Source: Candidatus Calditenuaceae archaeon
GTDB lineage: Archaea; Thermoproteota; Nitrososphaeria_A; Caldarchaeales; Calditenuaceae
DNA length: 64,000 bases
Direction of reading: 5' to 3'
Assembly: GCA_025058225.1 (NCBI GenBank)
Contig: JANXEE010000025.1
Coordinates: 11,302-75,301 of the forward strand
The notes below the pieces were generated by a model, which saw only the letters and a program-made list of their open reading frames with translations, was not told the DNA's origin and made no database searches. Below are positions 1 through 8,981 of this stretch, piece after piece (the first letter of the stretch is position 1; each line of letters begins with the position of its first letter). Both the position numbers and the translations under genes were made by a program.

Positions 1-2606
1 TGCTGCCCGCTGACAGGATCGGGCTGGACCGGGAACGTGAGGTTAACAGGCACGCCACCATCCTTCCACCAGATTCTCATCGTGTCGGGGTCGCTGCTCT
101 CGAAGGGCTCAATGCCTGAGATTACCCTCATTCTCACCAAGTCACCCTCCTCGCTCGTCTCGACGAAGGAAGAAGCGATTCTACTCGCCCCTATGTCCTT
201 CTGGACCCTGAACCTTCCGAAGTGCTCCGTACAGCCAATCACACCAGGCAACACTCCGCTTGTCACCCAGACCCTGCTGACGAAGTACCCTATCTCCGTA
301 GTTACCCTGATCAGGTCACCGGTCTTCACGCCGAGCTTCGCAGCGTCCTGTGGGTTCATCCAGATCGGGTTCTTATGGGATATCTCCGTTAACCACTTGG
401 CGTTGTTAGACCTAGTGTGAATCTGGGTTGGAACCCGCATAGTTGAGACCAATACGAACTCGCCCCGTTCCCTGTCAAGGTCGGCGTGATGGACATGGCT
501 CTTCACGTAAGAGGGAATAGCGTATTCCGGCCAACCCCACTCCTTCAGCGTTCTCGAGTAGAACTCAATTCTCCTGGACGGTGTAGGGAAGCCCAGCAGC
601 GGTTTCCCGTCAACCACCACACCTATCCGCCAACCCTTTTCGGTCCTCTCACTCGCCGGCATAGGGACCATGTTGATCCTCTTGGGAGGGTTAGGTGAGT
701 AAATCACACCCGTTGCCTCATCGAAGAAAGCGTCTCTCAGCTCCTCCTCGCCGAGGGGTGTCTCATGGCTCATGTATACGTTTCTCGCCATCTCATATGC
801 TCCGAATCTCCTCATGTATGAGAGAGGATCCATTCCAGCTTCCCTTGCCCTCTCCTTGAGTCCCGGGACCGAGTTCTCGAAGATCCACCTGTAGAACTCG
901 TCAGCCGTTATCTTCTCGCCGGGCCTGTAGGGCGACTCGAAGTTCTTCCTTATACCGAGTTTTCCGTCGGGGTCGATGCGCCAAGAGAGCTCTATCCAAA
1001 ACTCGGCCTCGTCCATCACCTCCGCCGGTGCTTTCAACTCCTTCCCCAGCTTCTCTCTGATCACTGAATTGATGGGCTGTCTGAACCCTATCCAGATCCC
1101 CGAGTAGGACTCATAGCTATGGAGGTCATGCCTCTCGAGGGCCGTCCCAACAGGCAGAATGAGGTCGGCATACCAGGCAGTCTCGTTCCAGAAGGGGGTG
1201 AGGGCAGCTATGAAGCCTATCTTCTCCTCGTCCGTCAATACCTTACTCCAGAGGAACCCGTCTGGATAAGTCACGATGGGGTTGAAGGCCCTTGGCATGT
1301 AGACCGAGAGCTTCCCTCTCCCCTCGAGGAGCATGTGGGGCAGAATGAAGCTCATTTCGTGGAAACTCAGCGGGAACTCTTTCGGAAAGAGCAGATCGCT
1401 CCAGACCCTCTGAGGCTCCGGGTGGTGAGGCACTCGGGGGACGAACTTGTGGAAGACGTTGAGGTCCATTCCTCCAACCGTCCCGATGCTTCCGGTCAAG
1501 GCGTGAAGGAAGACGAGGGCCCTCGAGACCTGCCAGCCGCCAAGGTTCCCCGCACACGCTGAACGCCATGTGTGGGATGAGAAGGCACCACCGGCCCTAG
1601 CTATCTCCAATGCCAGCTGCCTCACGGTCTCTGATGGAACACCGCACTCTTTCTCGACGAACTCTGGTGAGTACGCGGAGTAAATCGCCTTCAGTACTCT
1701 GATGAAGTTCTCAAAGGTCGGCTCCTTGTCCGGACACTCCTCCATCATGTACTCCTTCCAGTTGACCCATCTCCTCAGAAATTCCCTGTCGTAGAGGTCC
1801 TCCTGAAGTATCACGTTCGCTATTCCCAGTAGGAGCGCCGCCTCGGTTCCAGGCCAACACGGTATCCAATAGTCGGCCATGGCGGCAGTATTGGAGAGCC
1901 TGACGTCTATTACAGCGATTTTCGCACCCTTCTTCTTCGCGTCAATGATCCTTTGAGCGTGGGGATTGAAGTAATGTCCGCTCTCTAGGTGGTCGGAGAG
2001 CAACAGGATGAACCTGGCGTTCTCGAAGTCAGAGCAAGGCCTGTCCGCCCCCATTATCAGTGCATACCCAGCCCTAGCGGATGAGGAGCAGACGTTGGTG
2101 TGGCTGTTCCTTCCGTCGACTCCCCACGACTGGAGCACCCACTCCATGAAGCCGTCCTCACCGGGCCTTCCTACATGATACATTACCTCGGTCAACCTGC
2201 CTTCCACAATGCATTTCCTTATCCTCTCTGCGAGCATATTGATGGCCTCGTCCCAGCTCACCCTGACCCATCTTCCCTCCCCTCTCCTGCTCCCCTCCTC
2301 ACGCTTGAGCGGATACGGAATCCTCTCCGGATCATAGAACTGATTGAGGCTCGCGGGGCCCTTGGCGCAGTTCCGTCCTCTGCTGGTAGGGTGGAATGGA
2401 TTCCCCTCTAACTTCGTAATCTCGAGCGACTCCCTGTCGACGTACGCAAGGAGCCCACACCCGGCCTCACAGTTGAAGCATACCGTGGGGACTATTAGAT
2501 ATCTTCTCTTAACTCGTCGCGGCCAGACCTTCGGGTCGTACTCCTCCCAGTCGTCCCACTTCTCTTGAGGGGGATGGCTCAGGAATCTCTGCACGACACC
2601 TGACAT
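1..2606 (-). CDS. Molybdopterin (bis-PGD) oxidoreductase catalytic subunit, DMSO-reductase family (Psr/Phs/Ttr-like); C-terminus runs off the window
   Basis: Absent from the ORF track because there is no stop codon inside the window. My reverse-strand translation from the ATG at 2606 stays open for 868 codons. Motifs: MSGVVQRFLSHPP...VCFNCEAGCGLLAYV (N-terminal 4Fe-4S Cys cluster), NSHTNVCSSSARAG (candidate Mo-ligand Cys), NPIWMNPQDAAKLGVKTGDLIRV (C-terminal barrel domain). No twin-arginine leader. Confidence 0.85.
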   Translation of the reverse strand, partial: MSGVVQRFLSHPPQEKWDDWEEYDPKVWPRRVKRRYLIVPTVCFNCEAGCGLLAYVDRESLEITKLEGNPFHPTSRGRNCAKGPASLNQFYDPERIPYPLKREEGSRRGEGRWVRVSWDEAINMLAERIRKCIVEGRLTEVMYHVGRPGEDGFMEWVLQSWGVDGRNSHTNVCSSSARAGYALIMGADRPCSDFENARFILLLSDHLESGHYFNPHAQRIIDAKKKGAKIAVIDVRLSNTAAMADYWIPCWPGTEAALLLGIANVILQEDLYDREFLRRWVNWKEYMMEECPDKEPTFENFIRVLKAIYSAYSPEFVEKECGVPSETVRQLALEIARAGGAFSSHTWRSACAGNLGGWQVSRALVFLHALTGSIGTVGGMDLNVFHKFVPRVPHHPEPQRVWSDLLFPKEFPLSFHEMSFILPHMLLEGRGKLSVYMPRAFNPIVTYPDGFLWSKVLTDEEKIGFIAALTPFWNETAWYADLILPVGTALERHDLHSYESYSGIWIGFRQPINSVIREKLGKELKAPAEVMDEAEFWIELSWRIDPDGKLGIRKNFESPYRPGEKITADEFYRWIFENSVPGLKERAREAGMDPLSYMRRFGAYEMARNVYMSHETPLGEEELRDAFFDEATGVIYSPNPPKRINMVPMPASERTEKGWRIGVVVDGKPLLGFPTPSRRIEFYSRTLKEWGWPEYAIPSYVKSHVHHADLDRERGEFVLVSTMRVPTQIHTRSNNAKWLTEISHKNPIWMNPQDAAKLGVKTGDLIRVTTEIGYFVSRVWVTSGVLPGVIGCTEHFGRFRVQKDIGASRIASSFVETSEEGDLVRMRVISGIEPFESSDPDTMRIWWKDGGVPVNLTFPVQPDPVSGQ

Positions 2607-2659
2607 AGATGTTAATTATTTGAATATTTGGTAGTAATCCATTAATTCGTGCGATAATG

Positions 2660-2669
2660 TTTATATATA
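2660..2669. promoter_or_regulatory. TATA-like element TTTATATATA in the divergent 136-bp spacer
   Basis: AT-rich, near-palindromic TATA-like sequence between the divergent Mo-enzyme gene (start 2606) and the FccB-like gene (start 2743). Which gene it serves is not determined. Confidence 0.35.
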
Positions 2670-2705
2670 GGTTACTGAAAAATTTTGGTATGCAAACGTA
2701 TGATA

Positions 2706-2725
2706 TTGCATTCGTTTGCATTCGT
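2706..2725 (+). repeat. Perfect tandem direct repeat (TTGCATTCGT)x2, then TGC
   Basis: Read directly from the sequence. It lies 18 nt upstream of the FccB-like ATG and downstream of an AAAAATTTT element, so about where a transcription start or operator would sit. Confidence 0.7.
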
Positions 2726-2742
2726 TGCTGCGGTGATGGCTG

Positions 2743-4122
2743 ATGGCAGGACAGGCAACCAACAGGAGGGCAGTTCTCGGGGCAGTTGCGGGTGTGTTGG
2801 TAGGAGGAGTAATAGGAGCGGTCTCAGGGTCAACGCTCTTCCCACGTGAGGTCGTGAAGGAGAGGGAGGTAATAAGGACGGAGACGAGGATCGCCGAACG
2901 TACGGTCACGCAAACCGCCGAGAGGACTGTCACACAACCCGTAATGAGGCCGGCCGCAAGCCCTGGTGACTTCACTTGGAAAGAGTCTGGCAAGACGAAC
3001 ATCGTAGTGGTAGGCGCGGGTCCTGCAGGCGTTCAGTTCTCTAAAAGTATTGTAGAATTAATGGGAGACAGAGTTACCGTGACGATCCTAGAGAGGAACC
3101 TATCCTGGGTCTCAGGACCAGCACACGTCGACTTCGTAGCGGGAGTCAAGAAGATGGAACAGGTCACTATGACTCTAGAGAAGATCCCGAGACCAGGTAT
3201 CAGGATTGTGAACGCAAGCGTCGTTCAGCTGAGACCGGAGGAGAGGACCGTATACACCAATTACGGGACAACGAAATACGATGTTTTGGTTTTAGCTCCG
3301 GGAATAGACCTCGCCACTTGGGAGATACTCGGCCTGAGTAAGGAGAGGAACCTGCACGCATGGGACCCTGTCCGTGCGGTTATGCTTAGAGAGGAACTCG
3401 CCAAGATAACTAGTGGGAACGTGGTCTTCGGTGTCCCGGCCGCGCCGTACAAGTGCCCCCCTGCACCCTATGAGGTCGCGATGCTTTCCAGAGAGTTTAT
3501 CAACGAGCAAGGCAAGGGCGACAGAGTCAAAGTGACGGTGCTCGACTCCAACTCGGGGCCACAGCCACCGCCAAAGGCTTCCTATTTCAGGGAACATATG
3601 ACGAAACTCGGGATAGATTACAGGCCCAACTTCAAGATAGCGGAGGTCAATCCTGAGACGAAAGAGGTCATCTCGGTGGACGGAGAGAAAGTCAAGTACG
3701 ATGTCCTCTCGATCCTCCCACCTAACGTTGCACCCTCCTTCGTTAGGGAGGCGGGACTTGGAACGACGTACATGGACGTAGATCCGACCACGTTCAGGAG
3801 CCGGAGATACGATGATGTCTATGGCATTGGGGACGTAATACTCTCACCTTACACGAGGTCGATGTACGTAGCGATGAGATCTGGAAGGCGATTGGCTGAA
3901 TTACTGGCCGAGAGGTTGGGCGTTTCACGACCGGAGAAGACATCCGTCTACAACATATGCTGGAGTTACGTCAACAAGCGGGAACTCACGGTGATAGAGG
4001 TCGAGTGGGACGATGCAGGCAGGACAAAGACCGGGTTCCCCAGGGTAGGGCCGCCAACGGCCGAGAACTTCTCTAGGAGACAGGAGTGGGAAAGAGCGAG
4101 TCTCCTAGCGCTTTACGGATGA
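2743..4122 (+). CDS. Tat-signal FAD-dependent sulfide dehydrogenase flavoprotein (FccB/SoxF/SQR-like pyridine nucleotide-disulfide oxidoreductase)
   Basis: 459 aa. The N-terminus MAGQATNRRAVLGAVAGVLVGG has a twin-arginine motif plus a hydrophobic region. VVVGAGPAGV is a dinucleotide-binding fold. YKCPPAPYE is a redox-Cys motif. The linker carries a tandem AERTVTQ x2. Confidence 0.75.
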   Translation: MAGQATNRRAVLGAVAGVLVGGVIGAVSGSTLFPREVVKEREVIRTETRIAERTVTQTAERTVTQPVMRPAASPGDFTWKESGKTNIVVVGAGPAGVQFSKSIVELMGDRVTVTILERNLSWVSGPAHVDFVAGVKKMEQVTMTLEKIPRPGIRIVNASVVQLRPEERTVYTNYGTTKYDVLVLAPGIDLATWEILGLSKERNLHAWDPVRAVMLREELAKITSGNVVFGVPAAPYKCPPAPYEVAMLSREFINEQGKGDRVKVTVLDSNSGPQPPPKASYFREHMTKLGIDYRPNFKIAEVNPETKEVISVDGEKVKYDVLSILPPNVAPSFVREAGLGTTYMDVDPTTFRSRRYDDVYGIGDVILSPYTRSMYVAMRSGRRLAELLAERLGVSRPEKTSVYNICWSYVNKRELTVIEVEWDDAGRTKTGFPRVGPPTAENFSRRQEWERASLLALYG

Positions 4123-4128
4123 AAAGAC

Positions 4129-4902
4129 ATGTTAGGGAGGCTATCCCCTGTCATATTTGGAGCAATTCCGCTGATTTTAGCGTTGATACAGGTGAACACC
4201 TACGTCGCACCAGTCGGTACAACGACCACACAGTTGCTCTTGAAATCAGATGAATATCATGTGATTGATTTGAGCCTGAACCCCGGAGACAGATACGTAA
4301 TAGAAGTCGCAACGTCTGGCCTCAGCGACGTGTATGTCATCGAAGCAAATCATTTCCATCATTTCAAGGAGACTGGCAAACCACCCTCCTCGGCGGTCGC
4401 CTTCTCGATGGTGAAGTCTCTCAGCCTTGCACTGCCCACCAACTCCGGTGGGGACTACAAACTCGTCATCAAACAGTTGAAGGACGGGGAAGTTAAAGTA
4501 ACCATCAAACATGGGCTCGTCGAGGAGGCCGTGAGCAGAATGAGGAAAGGAGAGAGCGTGTTGAGGAACTCGTTAGTGGCCGAGCTACCACCTGGACAGG
4601 TCTACGTCATTCCCATATACCAATTCGTGATGGGGACGCAGCTGGAGATGGAGGTGCAGAGAGTCGAAAAGGCCGCAGTCTTGAGCTTCTCAGAGTACCT
4701 CGCTTACCGTAGAGGCAGTAAGAGCTTGGAGGCCCTGTGCGTCACGGAGAGGTGCATCAGCGGTTCAGGAAGCTTAAAGCTCTCCTCTGGAGACTTCGGA
4801 GACGTCTACGTCGTAGTTCACGTCACGAAAGACGTCGCGGCGCTGAATTTGAGGGTGATCGCAACACCGGAGATGTTGCTGTACTCCGGAACCTGCGGAT
4901 GA
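4129..4902 (+). CDS. Hypothetical membrane-anchored / secreted beta-rich protein
   Basis: 257-aa ORF starting 6 nt after the FccB-like stop. N-terminal hydrophobic helix VIFGAIPLILALI. Recurring strand-like motifs: GDRYVIEV, DVYVIE, GQVYVIPI, GDVYVVVHV. No catalytic motif recognised. Confidence 0.5.
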   Translation: MLGRLSPVIFGAIPLILALIQVNTYVAPVGTTTTQLLLKSDEYHVIDLSLNPGDRYVIEVATSGLSDVYVIEANHFHHFKETGKPPSSAVAFSMVKSLSLALPTNSGGDYKLVIKQLKDGEVKVTIKHGLVEEAVSRMRKGESVLRNSLVAELPPGQVYVIPIYQFVMGTQLEMEVQRVEKAAVLSFSEYLAYRRGSKSLEALCVTERCISGSGSLKLSSGDFGDVYVVVHVTKDVAALNLRVIATPEMLLYSGTCG

Positions 4903-4929
4903 CAAGTCGCCACCGCACGCTTCGGAAGG

Positions 4930-5394
4930 GTGCGTTACGGAATGAGGTCAGATCAGGTGCTCGCTGTCGCAACGGTCTTGGTCTTCACGATCGGAATGGT
5001 GAGCCTCCACGTAATCAAAGAGCCAGTAAAGGGGGTCGAGACCACAACTCATACATCACCCAAGAAGGAAGTAAAGATCACGAAGGTCACCGTTACGATC
5101 AGGCCCGGGTCTTACATCGAGGGGCGACATCCGACCTACGACCCACCGTCGGTGAGGGTAACTCTAGGGGTCAACAACACGGTCGTGTGGATCAATAGAG
5201 AGGAGGTGGACGTACGCCACGACGTAACACACGAACCGTGCTTCCGTCACGAACCGGACTGCATCCCGGCCTTCAGGTCTGCTCTGTTCGCACCGGGAGA
5301 GAGCTTTCAGTACACGTTCGTCGACAGGGGAGAATACCGGTACGTCTGTGCCGCACACCCATGGATGAGAGGTGAGGTGATTGTTAAAGGGTGA
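4930..5394 (+). CDS. Membrane-anchored type-1 blue copper protein (cupredoxin, amicyanin-like loop)
   Basis: 154 aa with an N-terminal TM helix (VLAVATVLVFTIGMV). C-terminal copper loop YVCAAHPWMRG has Cys-x2-His-x2-Met spacing, with an upstream His in VRHDVTHEP. The start could be GTG 4930 or ATG 4942. Confidence 0.75.
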   Translation: MRYGMRSDQVLAVATVLVFTIGMVSLHVIKEPVKGVETTTHTSPKKEVKITKVTVTIRPGSYIEGRHPTYDPPSVRVTLGVNNTVVWINREEVDVRHDVTHEPCFRHEPDCIPAFRSALFAPGESFQYTFVDRGEYRYVCAAHPWMRGEVIVKG

Positions 5395-5401
5395 CAACCC
5401 G

Positions 5402-6535
5402 ATGAGGTCACTTCGAGCGAGTGGCATAGCGTCCTTGATGATGCTGATTTCGGCTTCAGCAGTCTACCTCTATGGAGGACACCTCCAGCACTCCCTGTTC
5501 ATCATCTTCGGTTTGATATACGGTTACGCGATCTACAAGTCAAGGCTTTGCTTTGCAACTGCTATGTACGGTAACCGAGAGCTATTCAAGGGGATACTGG
5601 TTAGTTTAGCGATAGCATGCCTGGCATCTTACGCGATCATTAAGAGCGGCATGAACATTCCACCGTCTACACCTATAGGCCCAAACGTGTTGATAGGCTC
5701 GATTCTTTTCGGGATGGCTATGCCCTTCGCAGGAGGTTGCATGAGCGGGACCCTGTTCAGGGTGGGGGGTGGACAGGCGAAATCGTTGGCTGCGCTGTTG
5801 GGCATTTTAATCGGTAACATAATTGGTGCAGGTATCCTATGGAGGTATGTTGAACCATTCGTCGACATCGGGAGGGGATTTAACATTTTAGCGACCATAG
5901 GACCCGATCTATCGTTGGCGCTTAACCTAGGAATCGTCCTGACGTTGTTGTATTTCGTCATGAATGGTAACAGACTTAGGGATAATAAGGGTTCGTTAGC
6001 CCCCGTAAACGGATTGATCGCCGTTCCGTCCTCTATTATCCGTCTTATGAGAGGTGATTACTGGCCGGCTTGGCTGGGAGGGATCATATTGGCGGCCGTC
6101 TTCGCTGTACAGTTCGCGTTCTATTCAACATTAACCATCCAACTTCCTTTGGCTAGGTCCGTCCTCTGGCTCACGGCACCAATCCTGCCTCCTTCAGATA
6201 ACCCATGGGTCCTGAGGTTTGGTCTAAGGGAACCATACAACGACCCCTCCCTCCTCCTGGTCGTAGCGTTCGTGGTGGGTGCAATCGTCGCGAGCACCTC
6301 CTCAGGGAGCTTCGCCTGCTTCTCGGGCGCCAAACGTACAGATGTCATCATCGGGTTCATCGCGGGTATAACCATGGGAGTATCCGTTTGGATCGCTGTT
6401 GGCTGCAACATCTCAGGTTTTTGGGCCGCTGTCGCGACACTAAGGCCCGAAGGCTGGCTTTACGCGATCGGGCTCTTTATAGGTGCTAGGACCGGCCTCA
6501 AGTTACTGGAACAGTTGATAGTCGCCCGGGTGTAA
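5402..6535 (+). CDS. YeeE/YedE (TsuA-like) sulfur-compound / thiosulfate permease
   Basis: The track ORF starts at TTG 5381. ATG 5402, preceded by AGGGTGA, is more plausible. Polytopic protein with Cys-bearing motifs RLCFATAMYG, FAGGCMSGTLFRVGGG and VGCNISGFW, typical of YeeE/YedE. Confidence 0.8.
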   Translation: MRSLRASGIASLMMLISASAVYLYGGHLQHSLFIIFGLIYGYAIYKSRLCFATAMYGNRELFKGILVSLAIACLASYAIIKSGMNIPPSTPIGPNVLIGSILFGMAMPFAGGCMSGTLFRVGGGQAKSLAALLGILIGNIIGAGILWRYVEPFVDIGRGFNILATIGPDLSLALNLGIVLTLLYFVMNGNRLRDNKGSLAPVNGLIAVPSSIIRLMRGDYWPAWLGGIILAAVFAVQFAFYSTLTIQLPLARSVLWLTAPILPPSDNPWVLRFGLREPYNDPSLLLVVAFVVGAIVASTSSGSFACFSGAKRTDVIIGFIAGITMGVSVWIAVGCNISGFWAAVATLRPEGWLYAIGLFIGARTGLKLLEQLIVARV

Positions 6536-6541
6536 AAGCAG

Positions 6542-8032
6542 GTGACACGCTTCGCTTTCGTGATAGACCAGAGCCGTTGCATCGGGTGTCATGCCTGCAC
6601 GGTAGCCTGCAAGATGGAGAATCATGTCCCCGTGGGTGTCTTCAGGACTTGGGTGAAGTACATAGAGAGGGGAGAGTTCCCTAACTCGAGGAGGTTTTAC
6701 GCGATCCTCAGATGCAATCATTGCGATAACGCTCCATGCGTCCGTATATGTCCGACCTCTGCCCTCTATTACAGGAGCGACGGTATAGTGGACTTCGACA
6801 AGGGGAAGTGTATCGGGTGTAAGGCCTGCATGCAGGCGTGCCCCTATGACGCCCTCTACATCGACCCGGATGATAACACTGCCGCAAAGTGCCACTTCTG
6901 CGCTCACAGGATTGAGCAGGGGCTGGAGCCAGCATGCGTCATCGTCTGTCCGACGCGCGCCATCTTATGGGGCGACATCGATGACCCGGCCAGCTCGATA
7001 TCGAAAGTCCTTAGGGACAATCCTGTAACAGCGAGAAAGCCTGAGCAGGGGACCAAACCCAAGCTGTACTATATAGGAGCCGACCAGCACGTCTTGACCC
7101 CGATGGCTCATCGTAGGGAATCGACCTATATGTGGTCGGACGTAATCGAGGAAGATAGGGTCGGCGGAGCCCTCGCTACAGACTCACAGGTTGCCTACGA
7201 TATCCCACATTCAAGTCCTTGGGGATTGAAGATCGCCACCTACATCTACACCAAAGCCATAGCAACAGGTCTAATGGTCATGCTCTCCATCTTGATGCTG
7301 CTCTTCCCTAGGGACCTCGGGCCCCAGGCTCTTACCCTCATCCCCCTCCTATCGCTGTTCTTCCTAGGTGTGACCGCTCTCCTCTTGGTCTTGGACCTCA
7401 AGAGACCACTCAGATTCGTTTACGTGATATTGCGGCCGAACCTTTCCTCTTGGTTGAGCAGGGGCAGCCTTCTAATATTGGCTTTTGGTCTGGTCATTAT
7501 TCTGTGGATTCTTTGGCGGAACGAGACACTCATCGTCCCAACACTGTTGATCGCGGGTGCGACCGCCGGATATAGCGGCCTACTTTTCGGTCAATGCGAG
7601 GGCAGAGACTTCTGGCAGTCCCCCTCAGCGCTCCCCCACTTCGTCTTCACCGCTCCTCAAGCGGGCACGGCGCTTTTGGTGCTTCTGATGCCTGTACTTC
7701 AAGTCCACGGAGGAATCCAGTCGTTCCTAGGCGGGTCGTTAGCGTTGTGGAACACCGTCGTTACCTTAATAATAGTCTCGGACCTGCTTCAGCGCCATAC
7801 CACGACCGAGGCCGAGGCCGCGAAATCGTATCTAGTGAAGGGAAGGGGTGCTCTACCTTTCTGGACGATGACCTTCACACTCGGCGGCATTGTGTCGACT
7901 GTTATGGCCATCTTGTATTCCGCTTCACTGAACTATAATTACGGGCTAGTAGCGTCACTAGCGTCACTGAGCGGGTTGGCCGTTTACGAGGCGCTTTGGA
8001 TACGGGCAGGCCAGATAGCCCCCTTGAGTTAG
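6542..8032 (+). CDS. Fusion of a four-cluster [4Fe-4S] ferredoxin subunit (PsrB/DmsB/NrfC type) with an NrfD/PsrC-like integral membrane quinol-interacting domain
   Basis: 496 aa, GTG start. Residues 1-190 carry four Cys clusters: CIGCHACTVAC, CNHCDNAPCVRICP, CIGCKACMQACP and CHFC...CVIVCP. Residues ~220-496 consist of about 8 hydrophobic helices. Confidence 0.8.
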   Translation: MTRFAFVIDQSRCIGCHACTVACKMENHVPVGVFRTWVKYIERGEFPNSRRFYAILRCNHCDNAPCVRICPTSALYYRSDGIVDFDKGKCIGCKACMQACPYDALYIDPDDNTAAKCHFCAHRIEQGLEPACVIVCPTRAILWGDIDDPASSISKVLRDNPVTARKPEQGTKPKLYYIGADQHVLTPMAHRRESTYMWSDVIEEDRVGGALATDSQVAYDIPHSSPWGLKIATYIYTKAIATGLMVMLSILMLLFPRDLGPQALTLIPLLSLFFLGVTALLLVLDLKRPLRFVYVILRPNLSSWLSRGSLLILAFGLVIILWILWRNETLIVPTLLIAGATAGYSGLLFGQCEGRDFWQSPSALPHFVFTAPQAGTALLVLLMPVLQVHGGIQSFLGGSLALWNTVVTLIIVSDLLQRHTTTEAEAAKSYLVKGRGALPFWTMTFTLGGIVSTVMAILYSASLNYNYGLVASLASLSGLAVYEALWIRAGQIAPLS

Positions 8033-8054
8033 TCAGCCAACATCAGAGCTCGCC

Positions 8055-8981
8055 ATGTTGAAATACGCGCCGCTAGGAATGACGGTAGGTGTGTTGGCCG
8101 GTTCGATCGGTGATGAAGCCTCAGCCCCTTCGAGTCCTGAGGTTCTCCTCATTTTGCTGGCCCTGTTCACTTTCTCCTTCGTGATAGGGCTGATCTCGCC
8201 GATGGCCGGTATAGGTGGAGGAGTGTTGTTCACCCCTATACTGTTGGCCTTCACGTCGATAAACGTAGACCTAGTCAGGGGAACAGGAATAGCGCTGGCC
8301 ACCGCCAACTCCTTCACCGCGTCAGGAACCTTCGTCAGGGCGGGGGTGGTGAACTTGAGGCTGGGGCTCCTTGCGGCGCTCATAGCCGCAACCTGTGCGA
8401 TCGTTGGGGTGTTCCTCAGGCCTCCGGGGGGTCCTCTGCTGAACTCACTCTTAGGGCTAATTATGCTATCAGTGGTCCTGACGTACAACATTATGAAAGG
8501 AGGAGTTGAATATCCTCGCGCAGTCAACAGTGACTTCCTCGCTGAGAGGCTCCAGCTTAACGCTTCGTACTACGACAGAGCCCTCAACGAACACGTTAGT
8601 TACGCAGTTGAAAGGACAGTTTTTGGATTTCTGCTGTTCGGCGGAATGGGGTTCATCTCGGGGGCTTTCGGGGTCGGGGCCGGATGGGGAGCGGTTCCCA
8701 TAATCAACCTGTTGATGAGGGTGCCACTGAGGCCCTCGATAACCACCTCCCAGCTCATCGTAAGCATCAGCGGACTTACTGCGATGTGGATATACGTGCT
8801 TCAAGGGGCAGTCGTGCCCTTAATGGCCATACCCTCGTTGATGGGTGGAATGCTAGGAGTGTTGATCGGAAGCAGGATCGCGGTCAGGGCGGGGGCGCGG
8901 TACATCAGATATACCGTCATAGCCATAATGTCCTTCACATCTCTCCGTCTGCTGTTAAGCGGGTTAGGTATATGGAGGTAG
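8055..8981 (+). CDS. TauE/SafE (TSUP, DUF81) family anion (sulfite/sulfonate) exporter
   Basis: 308-aa polytopic ORF. Duplicated glycine-rich helices (MAGIGGGVLFTPILL and GAFGVGAGWGAVPIINLL) are characteristic of the family. Confidence 0.8.
   Translation: MLKYAPLGMTVGVLAGSIGDEASAPSSPEVLLILLALFTFSFVIGLISPMAGIGGGVLFTPILLAFTSINVDLVRGTGIALATANSFTASGTFVRAGVVNLRLGLLAALIAATCAIVGVFLRPPGGPLLNSLLGLIMLSVVLTYNIMKGGVEYPRAVNSDFLAERLQLNASYYDRALNEHVSYAVERTVFGFLLFGGMGFISGAFGVGAGWGAVPIINLLMRVPLRPSITTSQLIVSISGLTAMWIYVLQGAVVPLMAIPSLMGGMLGVLIGSRIAVRAGARYIRYTVIAIMSFTSLRLLLSGLGIWR

Noticed and set aside
1-2606. Possible pseudogene or selenoprotein: the Mo-enzyme region shows only short fragmentary ORFs in the track
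   Set aside because: Direct reverse-strand translation is uninterrupted for 868 codons. The gene is missing from the track only because its stop lies outside the window. An apparent frameshift near 1440 was my own miscount of a C5 run. The candidate Mo-ligand is a TGC Cys codon, not an in-frame TGA.
8684-8971. N-terminal 96 codons of the 226-aa track ORF 8684-9364
   Set aside because: This part lies out of frame inside the TauE gene and is hydrophilic Arg/His/Gly-rich. The hydrophobic, coding-like part begins at the ATG at 8972.
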